Program-made: the position numbers and the translations under genes | Assembly: GCA_019058295.1 (NCBI GenBank) | Contig: JAHPZI010000002.1 | Span: 1-64,000 of the forward strand | Origin: Promethearchaeota archaeon | GTDB lineage: Archaea; Asgardarchaeota; Lokiarchaeia; Sigyniarchaeales; SOKP01 | Length of the DNA: 64,000 nt | Direction: 5' to 3' | Part shown: positions 41,026 through 52,080 of the stretch, one piece after another | How positions within the stretch are numbered: the stretch's first letter is position 1 | Layout of the letters: every line of letters begins with the position of its first letter | Notes under the pieces: model-generated | Databases searched by the model: none | What the model was told of the DNA's origin: nothing | What the model saw: the letters and a program-made list of their open reading frames with translations, nothing else

Positions 41026-41793
41026 GTGCTTGAGAAAAAAAATGAGCCTCAAAATGAAAAATTAGTAAAAATTGTATGTCCTATTTGCAAAACTGAAAAA
41101 AAATTAACAATTTCAAAGTCAATTCTCAGTACATCAGGAAATTTAACCACAATATCAATTCAAAAAAAAGAGATTTGCGAACATCATTTTCAAGTCTTTA
41201 TTGATAGAGACTTTAAAGTTAGAGGTTATCAAAAAGTAGATTATGAAATAGACACAATAAAAAAACTTCCTAAAGGCGAATTTTATATAAAACTAATACT
41301 TGTAGGGGATTATCAAGTGGGGAAATCTGCAATTATAAAAAGATTTATTGATAATACCTTTGATGAGGCTTATTTACCAACACTACAACTGAAAATTTCA
41401 AAAAAAACATTAAAGTTTGGAGAATCAACCGCTAACCTTGTAATTTGGGATGTGGGCGGTCAATCTATTAATATGTCCTCCTATAGAGATCGCTTTTATG
41501 AAGGAGCACAATCAGCTATAATTGTAGTGGATAGAACTCGACCAGAAACATTAGAACATGTTGAACGATGGTATAAAGACACTTATAAAGCAATCCAACA
41601 TAAAATTCCATATATTTTGGTTGGAAATAAATCAGATTTAAACAATGATGTTGTTGTGCAGAAACAAGATTTAGAGGATAAGGCTAAAGAGTTCGATTTA
41701 AATTATATAATCACATCAGCTAAGACAGGTGAAAATATTAATGATGCATTTTCAAATTTAACTTATAATTATCTCGAGTCCCAATTTTCTTAG
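41026..41793 (+). CDS. Rab-like small GTPase with an N-terminal Zn-ribbon domain
   Basis: CPICK...ICEHHFQVFIDRDFKVRGYQ, then GDYQVGKS, WDVGGQ, GNKSD, TSAK. Confidence 0.9.
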   Translation: MLEKKNEPQNEKLVKIVCPICKTEKKLTISKSILSTSGNLTTISIQKKEICEHHFQVFIDRDFKVRGYQKVDYEIDTIKKLPKGEFYIKLILVGDYQVGKSAIIKRFIDNTFDEAYLPTLQLKISKKTLKFGESTANLVIWDVGGQSINMSSYRDRFYEGAQSAIIVVDRTRPETLEHVERWYKDTYKAIQHKIPYILVGNKSDLNNDVVVQKQDLEDKAKEFDLNYIITSAKTGENINDAFSNLTYNYLESQFS

Positions 41794-41828
41794 AAAAACT
41801 AAAGAAATTAAAAAAAAAAAAGAAATGA

Positions 41829-43022
41829 TTACCGTTTTAAATTAGCTGAGGCCCAATCATAATAGCCCTTATCTTCCATTACCTTTGGGATCTCTGCGAA
41901 AAACTGGCCTGTGATTTCCTTAACATGCCTCGCCGCGATTGGATGAAACATCATGGCGAGATCAAGTCCCACCAAAGATAAACATAATGCATTAATGACT
42001 TCCCATATTGGGCCTCGATACTGTCTTAATCCCCATTCAGGAGCTTGTTTCTCGCTCATCCACGCTTCACGAGCACCCCACGCGTTAGTAGTACCTCCAC
42101 TGATCGGATAACCTAAATCTTTTTCACCTAGAAGTCCAGCAATGCGCATTCTTTGGTAAATACTAAATGAATACTCCATACCATAGCCTAATGTAGCACA
42201 TGTAGGGTCCATTACTATGCGATTTGGCGGAAGACCTAACTCTAATGCGTCTTTATTCATTTTAATTTGATTATTAAGGTCTAAACTCGTCCATAAGAGA
42301 CAGTTATGATCATATTTAACTGCCAATGGAATAACTTCTTCCCATGTAGCTTTATCTGCAGCAGAGAGCATTAAAACTTCGCTTTCTGTAGCTGCAGCGG
42401 TAGCTTTAAACATCTCGACGTCTTTTTCTTTATTTCCAGAGCATCCAATTATTACAGGAACATCAACTGCTTGAAGAATTTCTTCTAAATACTTTACAGA
42501 CTGACTGACTGGTGCGTCTCCCATAGCAGGGTCGATTTCTAACGAATGAAATGTGATCGACTCAGCTCCAAACTTATTTACAGCAAATTTTGCCCATTCA
42601 GCAGGATCTGCTAAGACTTCTCCATATTCTTGTTTGATTGGCTTTGGAAGCATCATTTTTGACCCCATATCAAACACATCGTACGTTACCAGAGGAGGAT
42701 TAGGATTTCTTTTATCAAGTCCTAAAAAGTTATAAAATGGAGGTACTTTTTCACCGCCAATTGTGCAAGTTTTTCCATTCGATCGAATGAATTGGATTGT
42801 TTCAATTTCCCCAGGAAAATCTATATCAAGCGAAAATTTAGTAGGTGTCCATTCAGCTTTTCCGAGCACTGGAATTCCAACAGCCCCGGCTGCTGTTGAT
42901 ACAATGGAAGGTAGAACTTGAAATTCTAAATATTCGGCTATTAGATCTACGTCAACAAGCTCGAGTTCTTCAGTCTCTTTCATTAATTCTTCTAATTTCT
43001 TACTAAGATCTTCGAAAGAAAT
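41829..43022 (-). CDS. cdhD: Acetyl-CoA decarbonylase/synthase delta subunit (corrinoid Fe-S protein small subunit); probable ATT start at 43022
   Basis: IGGEKVPPFY, DPAEWAK, AVDVPVIIGCSG, IVMDPT..LGYGMEYS, AWGAREAW, GPIWE, MMFHP. Confidence 0.92.
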   Translation of the reverse strand: MSFEDLSKKLEELMKETEELELVDVDLIAEYLEFQVLPSIVSTAAGAVGIPVLGKAEWTPTKFSLDIDFPGEIETIQFIRSNGKTCTIGGEKVPPFYNFLGLDKRNPNPPLVTYDVFDMGSKMMLPKPIKQEYGEVLADPAEWAKFAVNKFGAESITFHSLEIDPAMGDAPVSQSVKYLEEILQAVDVPVIIGCSGNKEKDVEMFKATAAATESEVLMLSAADKATWEEVIPLAVKYDHNCLLWTSLDLNNQIKMNKDALELGLPPNRIVMDPTCATLGYGMEYSFSIYQRMRIAGLLGEKDLGYPISGGTTNAWGAREAWMSEKQAPEWGLRQYRGPIWEVINALCLSLVGLDLAMMFHPIAARHVKEITGQFFAEIPKVMEDKGYYDWASANLKR

Positions 43023-43225
43023 TTTACATCACGTTATATTTCGTTTTTTAATATTTTAATTGGTAAAAATATAAATTTAATATTTGAAATTAACAATAAT
43101 TTAAATATATAGCGCGACGAAATCAGTCATTTAAGTTCGAAAATGTTAAAGAATTATCAGGTTACTTTTTTGATCTCGATCTTTTAATGGAACTATTTAT
43201 GATATATACTCCATTTATATTTCTT

Positions 43226-44587
43226 TTAATTTTCCCCCCGAGATTTAATTATTGGGATCTTTTCTCCTGCTTCTGCCATTCTCCTTTTCAATATTTCAGC
43301 TAGTTCTTTTCTGACTTCAGTATATTTAGGATCCTTTACGAGATTATTCCTTTCGTGGAAATCATTCTCAAGGTCATACAAAAAGTCTTCTTTATATCTA
43401 GAAGCGCTTGAGTATAAAAAACCGCTTTTATGGGATTTAACCGAATATTTCCATTTTTTTGTCCTTATAGCTCTACCGATTTGGGATTCACTAATTTGAA
43501 CAAATACATCTTGTGGCCAGTTTTTTACTGTTCCCTTGACTAATTCTTGTAATGGTCTTCCTTTCATATGTTCTGGAATATCAATTCCAGCAGCGTATAA
43601 CAAGGTAGGAGGGAGATCAATTAAACTGACTAAATCCGATATTTTTTTTCCTCCTTTAAAGAGATCGGGACCTTGTATTATTAAAGGAATTCGGATAGAA
43701 GATTCATGACAAGATCGTTTGTATTCGCCATTTCTAGTCTTAAAATGACAGCCATGATCGCTAGTATAAACGAGAATTGTATTGTTTTTTATCCCTAATT
43801 CTTCTAATTTAACATTAATTCTTTGAATGTTTTGATCTATACTATTACAGCATCCTAGATAATCTGGATAATTTTCACGCCAATCCCCTGAAGTATCCTT
43901 AAGATCACCTGGGATATTGAAATCTTTAAAATGTTCTTTACTCCCATCAGGACCTTCAAATACATTATGATCATTTTGATGATGTGGTTCTAAATAGGAG
44001 ACAAACAAGAAAAATGGTTTTTTTCCATCACGAGTATCTAAATATTCAAGCACAAAATCCGTTAAACAATCAACTCGGTAACCTTTAAACTTTACCTTCT
44101 TTCGATCATAATCATAAAGAAATCCATCATATCCATGTGATGTAAATTCAAGTAAATCTGATGCTAACCAATAACCTTTATATCCACCTCTTCTCTCTAG
44201 GGGAACCCCTTTCCTTACAAAAGATATTGCTTTTTCTATTTTCTCTTTTGAAGGTCCCATTGTTGATGCAAGATGCCATTTACCGATATATCCAACTTCG
44301 TAGCCATTTCTTGTAAAATAGTTAGCTATGTTTTTTTCAGTAATTGGAAGAGCTATTCCATTTCTATAACATCCCGATTCTGTAGCGTAAACTCCTGTTT
44401 GTAAACAAGATCTAGCTGGACCACATACGGGCTGACAAGTAAATGCGTGAGTAAATAGCACTCCCTCTTCGGCCATTTTATCAATATTGGGGGTAACATT
44501 TAATTCTCGACTATTTTCATCATAACATCCACATGTATCCCAGCGTTGTTGATCTGAAAAAATGAAAATTATATTTGGTTTTTTCAT
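43226..44587 (-). CDS. Sulfatase-family hydrolase
   Basis: KPNIIFIFSDQQR, CQPVCGPAR (CxPxR), GKWH, TSDHG. Confidence 0.92.
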   Translation of the reverse strand: MKKPNIIFIFSDQQRWDTCGCYDENSRELNVTPNIDKMAEEGVLFTHAFTCQPVCGPARSCLQTGVYATESGCYRNGIALPITEKNIANYFTRNGYEVGYIGKWHLASTMGPSKEKIEKAISFVRKGVPLERRGGYKGYWLASDLLEFTSHGYDGFLYDYDRKKVKFKGYRVDCLTDFVLEYLDTRDGKKPFFLFVSYLEPHHQNDHNVFEGPDGSKEHFKDFNIPGDLKDTSGDWRENYPDYLGCCNSIDQNIQRINVKLEELGIKNNTILVYTSDHGCHFKTRNGEYKRSCHESSIRIPLIIQGPDLFKGGKKISDLVSLIDLPPTLLYAAGIDIPEHMKGRPLQELVKGTVKNWPQDVFVQISESQIGRAIRTKKWKYSVKSHKSGFLYSSASRYKEDFLYDLENDFHERNNLVKDPKYTEVRKELAEILKRRMAEAGEKIPIIKSRGEN

Positions 44588-44598
44588 ATTTTATATTT

Positions 44599-46485
44599 TT
44601 AAAATAAATAGTTCCCTTTTATAATTCCTTCATAGATTTCTTTTGTCAGAGGAATATATTCTGAACTTTCCGGTAAAAGAACAAATACGGGATCATCTAT
44701 TTCATTAATATTATAACCCTCGTTTTTCAGTTTTACCTTTTGAATCTTATGAGTGGCGGTAAAGCTAAATTCCGTTATAAAACGGATAAATTTGGGTACT
44801 GCGTAATGTGGTAAATATTTTTTTACAAAATTTAAGAAACCATTGAAATCGAATTCTTCACTATATCTTTTATGTATTGAGACCATCCCCGCCCGACCCT
44901 CTGTATGTGGGATTAGAACTCCGTACACGGAGCACATATCGATTTGCTCGAATGTATTAATTACCGATTCGACTTCCTCGCTAGAGACATTTTCACCTTT
45001 CCATCTGAATGTATCCCCTAAACGATCAACAAATTGGACATGCCCAAAGCCAATATCTCGTAAGAGATCTCCGGTATTGATGTACATATCATCTTTTCTA
45101 AAAACTTCACGAAATACTTTTTTTTCTGTTGCTTTTTCGTCTATATACATGAAAAAATTTTCTGGTTCAACGATTTTACCTAAACATAATCCAACTTCAC
45201 CTGGCTTTACTTTTTTCATTCGACCTCTCTCATTTCTGATCGGTTCGTCTGCTTCTATATCGTATTGTACAATCGCATAAGGTCTTAAGCATACTCCACA
45301 AGTTTTATCAAGATTATGAATATTGGCAAAATTAGGCACAAAATCTTCTGTGGCACCATAAAACTCTCTTATTTCTTGGATATTAAATCTTTTTTTAAAA
45401 TCCATCCAAATATCTGGTCTAAGTCCATTCCCAACTATTTTTACAATAGGATTATCCGCATCGTTTGGCTTTGGAGGTTGATTATACAAATATCTACATA
45501 TTTCACCTACATAATTAAAGCATGTGGCGTTGAATTTTCTAACTTCATCCCAAAATTTACTAGCACTGAATTTTCTGCTGATTGCCATTGCGGAGCCTTT
45601 ATAAAGGGTTGCTGCAAAAGCTACTTTGATACCATGACTATGAAATAATGGAGTTGTGTTATATAATATATCATCAGTTTTCATTCCAACTACCATACCT
45701 CCCCACCACATCATCGCATCCAATATTGAACGATTTTGCAGAATTGCAGCCTTTGGAAGTCCCGTAGTACCTGATGTGAAAATATAGACAAATGGGTCTT
45801 TCATCAAGATCTCTGCCGTGGTCGGAGGATTATTAATGTCTGAATCCTTAATTTTTTCTTTAAGATTGATATATCCTTCAGGAATTTTATTTGTACCTTT
45901 ATCGGGCAAAAAAAAGAGCATTTCTTTTTGCTCCTCGGTTAAATTTAATTGGGATTTAACATTTTCAAATGCGTTTGTGAGTTCCTCTCCAATTATATAT
46001 ACTTTACCGGGAGTATGCGTCATACTATGAATAAGTGGTTTTTCACGAAGGTTTGTATTAATTAGTGAAGATATCACTCCTATTTTACCCATTGCAACAA
46101 CAATAAACATATATTCTGAACGATTTTCCACAAACAAATCAGCTACATCCCCTCTATTTAGACCAATTTTAAGAAAATAATTCGTATATCTGTTAACCAT
46201 CTCATTAAACTCTTTATGTGTATATCTTTCATCTTCATAAAGTAGGGCCAATTTATCGGGATATTTCATGGCGTGTTCTTCAATTCGAAGCCCTATAGAG
46301 TACTTTGTATCGAGTGTATGTTGGCCCATCCATACTGCCTCTTTTAATATCATAGGAGTCTTCACATCCCAAGATGGTTTAATTTTGTTATTATATTCTT
46401 CTTTGGATATGATATATGGTTTCTTTTCCTCGCCTTTTTGAGCTTTTTTTCTGGATAATGATATTTCTGATTGTTGATCATTCAT
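44599..46485 (-). CDS. Long-chain acyl-CoA synthetase (FATP/VLACS-like)
   Basis: YIFTSGTTGLPKAA, GNGLRPDIW, EFYGATE, DRLGDTFRWKGENVS. Confidence 0.92.
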   Translation of the reverse strand: MNDQQSEISLSRKKAQKGEEKKPYIISKEEYNNKIKPSWDVKTPMILKEAVWMGQHTLDTKYSIGLRIEEHAMKYPDKLALLYEDERYTHKEFNEMVNRYTNYFLKIGLNRGDVADLFVENRSEYMFIVVAMGKIGVISSLINTNLREKPLIHSMTHTPGKVYIIGEELTNAFENVKSQLNLTEEQKEMLFFLPDKGTNKIPEGYINLKEKIKDSDINNPPTTAEILMKDPFVYIFTSGTTGLPKAAILQNRSILDAMMWWGGMVVGMKTDDILYNTTPLFHSHGIKVAFAATLYKGSAMAISRKFSASKFWDEVRKFNATCFNYVGEICRYLYNQPPKPNDADNPIVKIVGNGLRPDIWMDFKKRFNIQEIREFYGATEDFVPNFANIHNLDKTCGVCLRPYAIVQYDIEADEPIRNERGRMKKVKPGEVGLCLGKIVEPENFFMYIDEKATEKKVFREVFRKDDMYINTGDLLRDIGFGHVQFVDRLGDTFRWKGENVSSEEVESVINTFEQIDMCSVYGVLIPHTEGRAGMVSIHKRYSEEFDFNGFLNFVKKYLPHYAVPKFIRFITEFSFTATHKIQKVKLKNEGYNINEIDDPVFVLLPESSEYIPLTKEIYEGIIKGNYLF

Positions 46486-46608
46486 TTTGCATCGTTTTTA
46501 ATAATTTAAGAGTTTGTTTAAAATTAATTTAACATCTCTATTATATAATTACTTTACCCAAATTTTTAATTTTTAGACACTAATAGACATCAAATTAATT
46601 GAATGAAT

Positions 46609-47100
46609 TTAAAGAATTCTGTTTCTTGCAAAATTAACTAGTCCATTAGATTGAATTATTTCTTGTATAAAAGGGGGCATCCTCAAAATTTTATATTTCT
46701 GTTTTGTCGAGCAGTTATTAAGAATCCCTTCCGTAAAATCTATTTCTATCTCGTCACTGGTATGAATTTCATCAATATCTTTAAATTCTATAATTGGTAA
46801 CCCGATATTTATACAATTTCTAAAAAAGATTCTCGCAAAGGAGGGTGCTATTATACATTTAATTCCAGATGCTTTAAGTGCGATCGGGGCTTGTTCTCTA
46901 CTTGAACCACAGCCAAAATTGGGGCCAGCTACAATAATTGAAGCTCCGATTTGATCTTTTCTCAAAATAAAATCCTTGTCCAAATCTTCCATACAGTGCT
47001 CAGCTAAGTAATCAGGATCGGATTTAATTAAATATCTTGCTGGAATTATCAAATCAGTGTTAATATTCTTTTCATCATACTTTATTACATTTCCTTTCAA
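46609..47100 (-). CDS. leuD: 3-isopropylmalate dehydratase small subunit
   Basis: NINTDLIIPARYL, NFGCGSSREQAP, SFARIFFRN. Confidence 0.9.
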   Translation of the reverse strand: MKGNVIKYDEKNINTDLIIPARYLIKSDPDYLAEHCMEDLDKDFILRKDQIGASIIVAGPNFGCGSSREQAPIALKASGIKCIIAPSFARIFFRNCINIGLPIIEFKDIDEIHTSDEIEIDFTEGILNNCSTKQKYKILRMPPFIQEIIQSNGLVNFARNRIL

Positions 47101-47121
47101 ATTTTTCCACCATTGATTTTA

Positions 47122-48393
47122 TTATAGATAATTAGGTGCTGTGATATATCCTTTAATTGCGGAAGCTGCTGCGACTGCTGGACTTGATAGGTAAACTTCG
47201 CTTTCTATATGACCCATTCTTCCAACAAAATTTCGATTAGTAGTCGATACAGCTCGCTCTCCAGCAGCAAGTATACCCATAAATCCGCCTAAGCAAGGTC
47301 CGCAAGTAGGAGTTGATACGATAGCTCCCGCATTAAGAAATATTTCTATCAATCCTTCTTTTAAAGCTTCAAGATAAATTTGTTGTGTGCCAGGAATAAC
47401 GATGCATCTTACATTTGAATGAATAGTTTGATTTTTTAATATTTTTGCGGCTATTTTTAAGTCTTCTAAGCGTCCATTGGTACAAGAACCGATAACAGCT
47501 TGGTCAATTTCGACTTTCATTCCGTCTACTTCAGATATTGGCTTAGAATTCTCCGGTAAATGAGGGAATGCCACTTGAGGCTCAATAATATTACAATCAA
47601 ACTCGATTATTTTAAAATATTCAGCATCCTTATCGCTTTCATATATTTTATATTTTTTATTTCCTACATTTTTTAAATAAATTTCCGTAATTTTATCAGG
47701 AATAATTATTCCATTCTTTCCGCCTGCTTCTATTGCCATATTACACATTGTAAATCGATTCGGCATTGATAACGTTTCAATTACCTCTCCAGTAAATTCC
47801 ATAGCCTTATAAGTCGCACCATCTACTCCTATTTGACCAATTGTATATAGGATTAAATCTTTTCCTGAAACCCAATCTTTTAATTTGCCATAGTAGACAA
47901 ATTTAATCGATTCAGGGATTTTAAACCAACATTGTCCTAAAGCCATTGCTACGCCTAAATCTGTTGACCCTACACCAGTAGAAAAGGCTCCAAGGGCACC
48001 ATAAGTGCATGTATGAGAGTCAGCACCAATAAAAACTTCACCTGGAGAGACTAATCCTTGCTCTGGAATAAGACAATGTTCAATTCCAACCCGACCAATT
48101 TCAAAATAGTTGATTATTTGATTTTTATGAGCAAAATCTCTGAGGATTTTACATTGTTCAGCAGAGGCTACATCTTTATTAGGAGTAAAATGATCTGGAG
48201 TTAAAATAACTCTATTTTTATTATATACACTCTTATCGGTTCCCTCAACAATACTCTCAAAAACTTCAATAGCGATTGGGGCAGTGATATCATTTGCGAG
48301 ACATTTATCAATATTTGCTAAAACAAAATCTCCAGCTGAGACATCACCGCTACTATGGTCTCTTAATATCTTTTCTGTAATAGTAAATCCCAT
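47122..48393 (-). CDS. leuC: 3-isopropylmalate dehydratase large subunit
   Basis: [43 protein letters not shown]. Confidence 0.92.
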   Translation of the reverse strand: MGFTITEKILRDHSSGDVSAGDFVLANIDKCLANDITAPIAIEVFESIVEGTDKSVYNKNRVILTPDHFTPNKDVASAEQCKILRDFAHKNQIINYFEIGRVGIEHCLIPEQGLVSPGEVFIGADSHTCTYGALGAFSTGVGSTDLGVAMALGQCWFKIPESIKFVYYGKLKDWVSGKDLILYTIGQIGVDGATYKAMEFTGEVIETLSMPNRFTMCNMAIEAGGKNGIIIPDKITEIYLKNVGNKKYKIYESDKDAEYFKIIEFDCNIIEPQVAFPHLPENSKPISEVDGMKVEIDQAVIGSCTNGRLEDLKIAAKILKNQTIHSNVRCIVIPGTQQIYLEALKEGLIEIFLNAGAIVSTPTCGPCLGGFMGILAAGERAVSTTNRNFVGRMGHIESEVYLSSPAVAAASAIKGYITAPNYL

Positions 48394-48518
48394 AAATTTA
48401 TTACCTATTTAAAATTTGTCAAGATGCTCAAATAGTTAAATTACAAAATAAATTATGTTATAAATTTTTATTTCTTTCTATTATTATCGACATATATTTA
48501 ATCATTTAAGTTAAAAAA

Positions 48519-49664
48519 ATGCCATCCATAGCTCATTTAGTTTTAGGTGGAGTAATTGCATTATGTTTTTATTATATAAGTGATGGAAAATTTACAAAAA
48601 CCCACGCGTTTATATTTTTTTTATGTAATTATTTAGGACCAGATGTAGGTTGGGTATTTGGTATAGGCCGCATTACACATTCTCTATTATTTTGGCCTCT
48701 ATTTGCATTAATTTTAGCGTATATTTATCATTATTTTACTAGATTTACAATTAAGATTGATGGGATAAAAAACATAGAGTTAAAAGATTTAGAAGGGTAT
48801 AAATTACATTATTTAAATACTTACTTACTAGTATTGGGAGCAGGTATTTTACACCTAAACTTAGATGGACTAATGAATAGATGGGGTAGGTTTCGAATAA
48901 TCCCTCAACTTCCTTTCAATGATGAGGAAGTATTTTTTACTTTAAGGCAACTAATTGCATTTGGAGAAGAAGGAGTAATTCAAATTAATATTCTTATAGC
49001 AATATGTATTGGAGTAACATTAATATTTGGATTTATTTTCGTATTTATTTGGTTTCTAAAGAAAAATACAAAAACAAATGCAATAATAATTTGTATTTAC
49101 ATCTTGGCATTTGTAATTTTCTTTTATTTAGCCGGTTCTATAATTACAATGTTCCATCCTGATGGGGGAGCCATTATATACATTAGTATTTATTGGGCAA
49201 CACCGTTAATTTTATGTGTTCTTTCTACAAGAGAGTTTAAGTTTATAAAAAGAAATGAAAATGGATTAATACAACTCAAAAGAAAAAATGCTGATAAAAG
49301 TCTTAGAAAATTGGTTTTTGTACTTGGTTGGCTGTTTATAACAGGAATATTATTCATGATTGCATCAATCTATGGTTTTATTTTCAACGATGTTATACTA
49401 AAACGTATTTTTTCTAATTATGGGGATGAAATATCACCATACTTTAGTTACAATGAATTATATACATTGATTATAGTCATAGAAATTATTCATTTAGTTA
49501 TAGCTTTGTTAAATATTTTATGTGGGATTGGACTCATATTTAAAAATAAAAATATATGGAAGTTCACTGTATACTATCATCTTGTTTTTTCTTGGACGTT
49601 AATTGGTTTAATAATAGCATGTGTACTGAATGAAAAATCCGTGAAAAAATCAATTAAATTTTAA
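48519..49664 (+). CDS. Multi-pass membrane protein, metal-dependent hydrolase-like
   Basis: MPSIAHL, GPD, THSL, LHLNLD motifs; many TM helices. Confidence 0.65.
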   Translation: MPSIAHLVLGGVIALCFYYISDGKFTKTHAFIFFLCNYLGPDVGWVFGIGRITHSLLFWPLFALILAYIYHYFTRFTIKIDGIKNIELKDLEGYKLHYLNTYLLVLGAGILHLNLDGLMNRWGRFRIIPQLPFNDEEVFFTLRQLIAFGEEGVIQINILIAICIGVTLIFGFIFVFIWFLKKNTKTNAIIICIYILAFVIFFYLAGSIITMFHPDGGAIIYISIYWATPLILCVLSTREFKFIKRNENGLIQLKRKNADKSLRKLVFVLGWLFITGILFMIASIYGFIFNDVILKRIFSNYGDEISPYFSYNELYTLIIVIEIIHLVIALLNILCGIGLIFKNKNIWKFTVYYHLVFSWTLIGLIIACVLNEKSVKKSIKF

Positions 49665-49743
49665 AATTAAATTATATTTCGAAATTTTTTTCAGTTATCT
49701 CCTATTATTCTTATTATTAATGATTTTTTAGGCTGATTATTTC

Positions 49744-50625
49744 ATGGACAATCTAATATTAGAAAAGTTAGAGTTTGAAAAATTCCATGGTTTAGGCAAC
49801 GATTACATAATAATTAACGATATTCAATGGAAAATTCCTGAGAAAAAAAAGTCAGACTTAGCAAAAAAATTATGTGAGATGCATTTCTCAATAGGGGCAG
49901 ATGGTTTAATTTTCGTGGTCAATTCAGATAAAGCTGATATTAAAATGCGCATTTTTAATCCCGATGGTTCGGAATCGGAGATGTGTGGTAATGGGATTAG
50001 ATGCGTTTCGAAATATATATACGAAAATAATATAATTAATAAAAACGAAATAGACATCGAAACTCTAAAGGGTATAATAGTTGCGAGACTTAGAATTATT
50101 GATAGTAAAGTTAACAGCGTAACAATTGACATGGGAGCACCTATATTAGATTGTAAAAATATACCGGTAATTTCACCAGAAAATGAGAGTACTTGTTTAA
50201 GCGAGCCACTTGAGATTTTAGATAGAAAATTTATTTTTTCAGCCGTTTCAATGGGAAATCCACACGCTGTTATTTTTATTGACGAGCAATTAAATGATGA
50301 CGACTTGGAAAAATATGGTGGTGCTATTGAACCACACGAGCGGTTTCCAAATAAAGTAAATGTAGAATTTGTTAAAGTTTTATCTGATACAGAAGCTATA
50401 TTAAGAGTTTATGAAAGGGGGGTAGGTATAACTAAATCTTGTGGTACAGGAACATGCGCATCGGTGGTTGCTGGAACAAAACTAGGAAAATTTAGAGAAA
50501 ATGCACCCATTACTATACATAATGATGGGGGAGATCTAATTATTACTTATACCAGCGATACTGTTCTTATGCAAGGTCCTGTTGAAAAATCTTTTGAAGG
50601 AAAAATAGATTTGATTGAATTATAA
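49744..50625 (+). CDS. dapF: Diaminopimelate epimerase
   Basis: KFHGLGNDY, SEMCGNGIRC, SMGNPH, ERGVG.TKSCGTG. Confidence 0.95.
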   Translation: MDNLILEKLEFEKFHGLGNDYIIINDIQWKIPEKKKSDLAKKLCEMHFSIGADGLIFVVNSDKADIKMRIFNPDGSESEMCGNGIRCVSKYIYENNIINKNEIDIETLKGIIVARLRIIDSKVNSVTIDMGAPILDCKNIPVISPENESTCLSEPLEILDRKFIFSAVSMGNPHAVIFIDEQLNDDDLEKYGGAIEPHERFPNKVNVEFVKVLSDTEAILRVYERGVGITKSCGTGTCASVVAGTKLGKFRENAPITIHNDGGDLIITYTSDTVLMQGPVEKSFEGKIDLIEL

Positions 50626-50649
50626 AAAAGTAAATGAGGAAGTTGTAAA

Positions 50650-51966
50650 ATGGATTATGAAGATTGGTTGAAAAGAAAGAGTTTAGAATATCGAAATGAT
50701 ATTCTTTATTTTGCTGAAGTCAATACTATTGAAATTGCTGAGAAGTTTGGCACTCCTATTTATGTTATTAACGAGCAAATGATTCGAAAAAAATATAAAA
50801 AATTAAAAAAAATGCTCGATTCGGCATATAAGAAAAATAGAATCTATTTTGCTATAAAATCTAACTCAAATTTATCAATTTTAAAAATTTTGAATTCAGA
50901 AGGCTCTTATTATGATTGTTCTTCAACTGGAGAGATTTATACTTGTTTTAAGGCAGGTATTGCTCCCGATAGGATAATTTATACAGGAAACATGTTTACT
51001 GATGCTGATTTTGAATTTGCTGTTAAAAATGATGTTTTAGTTAATTTAGATAGCATTAGTCAATTAAAACGATTAGTTAAGGCATATGATAAATTGGGAA
51101 AGGAAAAAGGAATTGTATCTTTCAGGATTAATCCAGAATTCGGAGCTGGTCACCATGTTCACACAATAACAGCAGGAAAAGAGTTAAAATTTGGAATATT
51201 AGATAACCAAGTTATTGAAGCATATTCAAAAGCCATTGATGAGGGAGGATTTAAAAAATTTGGCATTCACCAACACATAGGTTCAGGAATAATAAATCCA
51301 TATGATTTTGAAAAAGCAGCAGAAAAATTTTTATCAATAATAAAGAATTTAACGAGTACTTTAAATATAGATCTTGAATTTATAGATTTTGGGGGAGGGC
51401 TTGGAATTCCTTACCGTCCAGAAGAAGAACCACTTGATTTAAAAACATATAAAGAAGTTGTGATAACTAAATTTAAAGATTTAGTTGGAGAAGGAAATGT
51501 TGGAACCCCTTATCTAATTATTGAACCTGGACGATATATAACGGCTGAAGCAAGCATAATTTTAACTCAAATTAATACTATAAAAAATAATGGACATAAA
51601 TTGTTCGCAGGAGTCAATACTGGATTTAATACATTAATTAGGCCTACAATGTATGGTTCTTATCACCATATTATACTTTGCAATAAAAATTTACGAGAGA
51701 GAAGCTTAAAATATGATGTAACAGGACCTATTTGTGAATCAGGTGATATTCTTGGTAAGAATCGAGAATTACCAGAGTTAGTTGAGGGCGATTATCTTGC
51801 CATACTCGATGCAGGGGCATATGGTTTTACTATGAGTAGTGTATATAATTCACGCCCACGGCCTGCTGAAATCTTACTCAATGATGGTCTCACATACAAG
51901 ATTAGAAAAGAAGAAACTTACGATGACTTGCTAACCCATCAATTTATTCCAGATCATCTGATGTAA
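50650..51966 (+). CDS. lysA: Diaminopimelate decarboxylase
   Basis: FAIKSN, HIGS, DFGGG, IEPGRY, GPICESGD, GAYG, YNSRPRP. Confidence 0.95.
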   Translation: MDYEDWLKRKSLEYRNDILYFAEVNTIEIAEKFGTPIYVINEQMIRKKYKKLKKMLDSAYKKNRIYFAIKSNSNLSILKILNSEGSYYDCSSTGEIYTCFKAGIAPDRIIYTGNMFTDADFEFAVKNDVLVNLDSISQLKRLVKAYDKLGKEKGIVSFRINPEFGAGHHVHTITAGKELKFGILDNQVIEAYSKAIDEGGFKKFGIHQHIGSGIINPYDFEKAAEKFLSIIKNLTSTLNIDLEFIDFGGGLGIPYRPEEEPLDLKTYKEVVITKFKDLVGEGNVGTPYLIIEPGRYITAEASIILTQINTIKNNGHKLFAGVNTGFNTLIRPTMYGSYHHIILCNKNLRERSLKYDVTGPICESGDILGKNRELPELVEGDYLAILDAGAYGFTMSSVYNSRPRPAEILLNDGLTYKIRKEETYDDLLTHQFIPDHLM

Positions 51967-52080
51967 TCTCTCAATTACATACCAATCAAAATAAATAAAT
52001 ATTTTCTTTCTCATTCTTATATTAGATAAAATTATAAAAATACGATCGATTAAGGCTTGGATACCCTTTAATCGTTCAAA

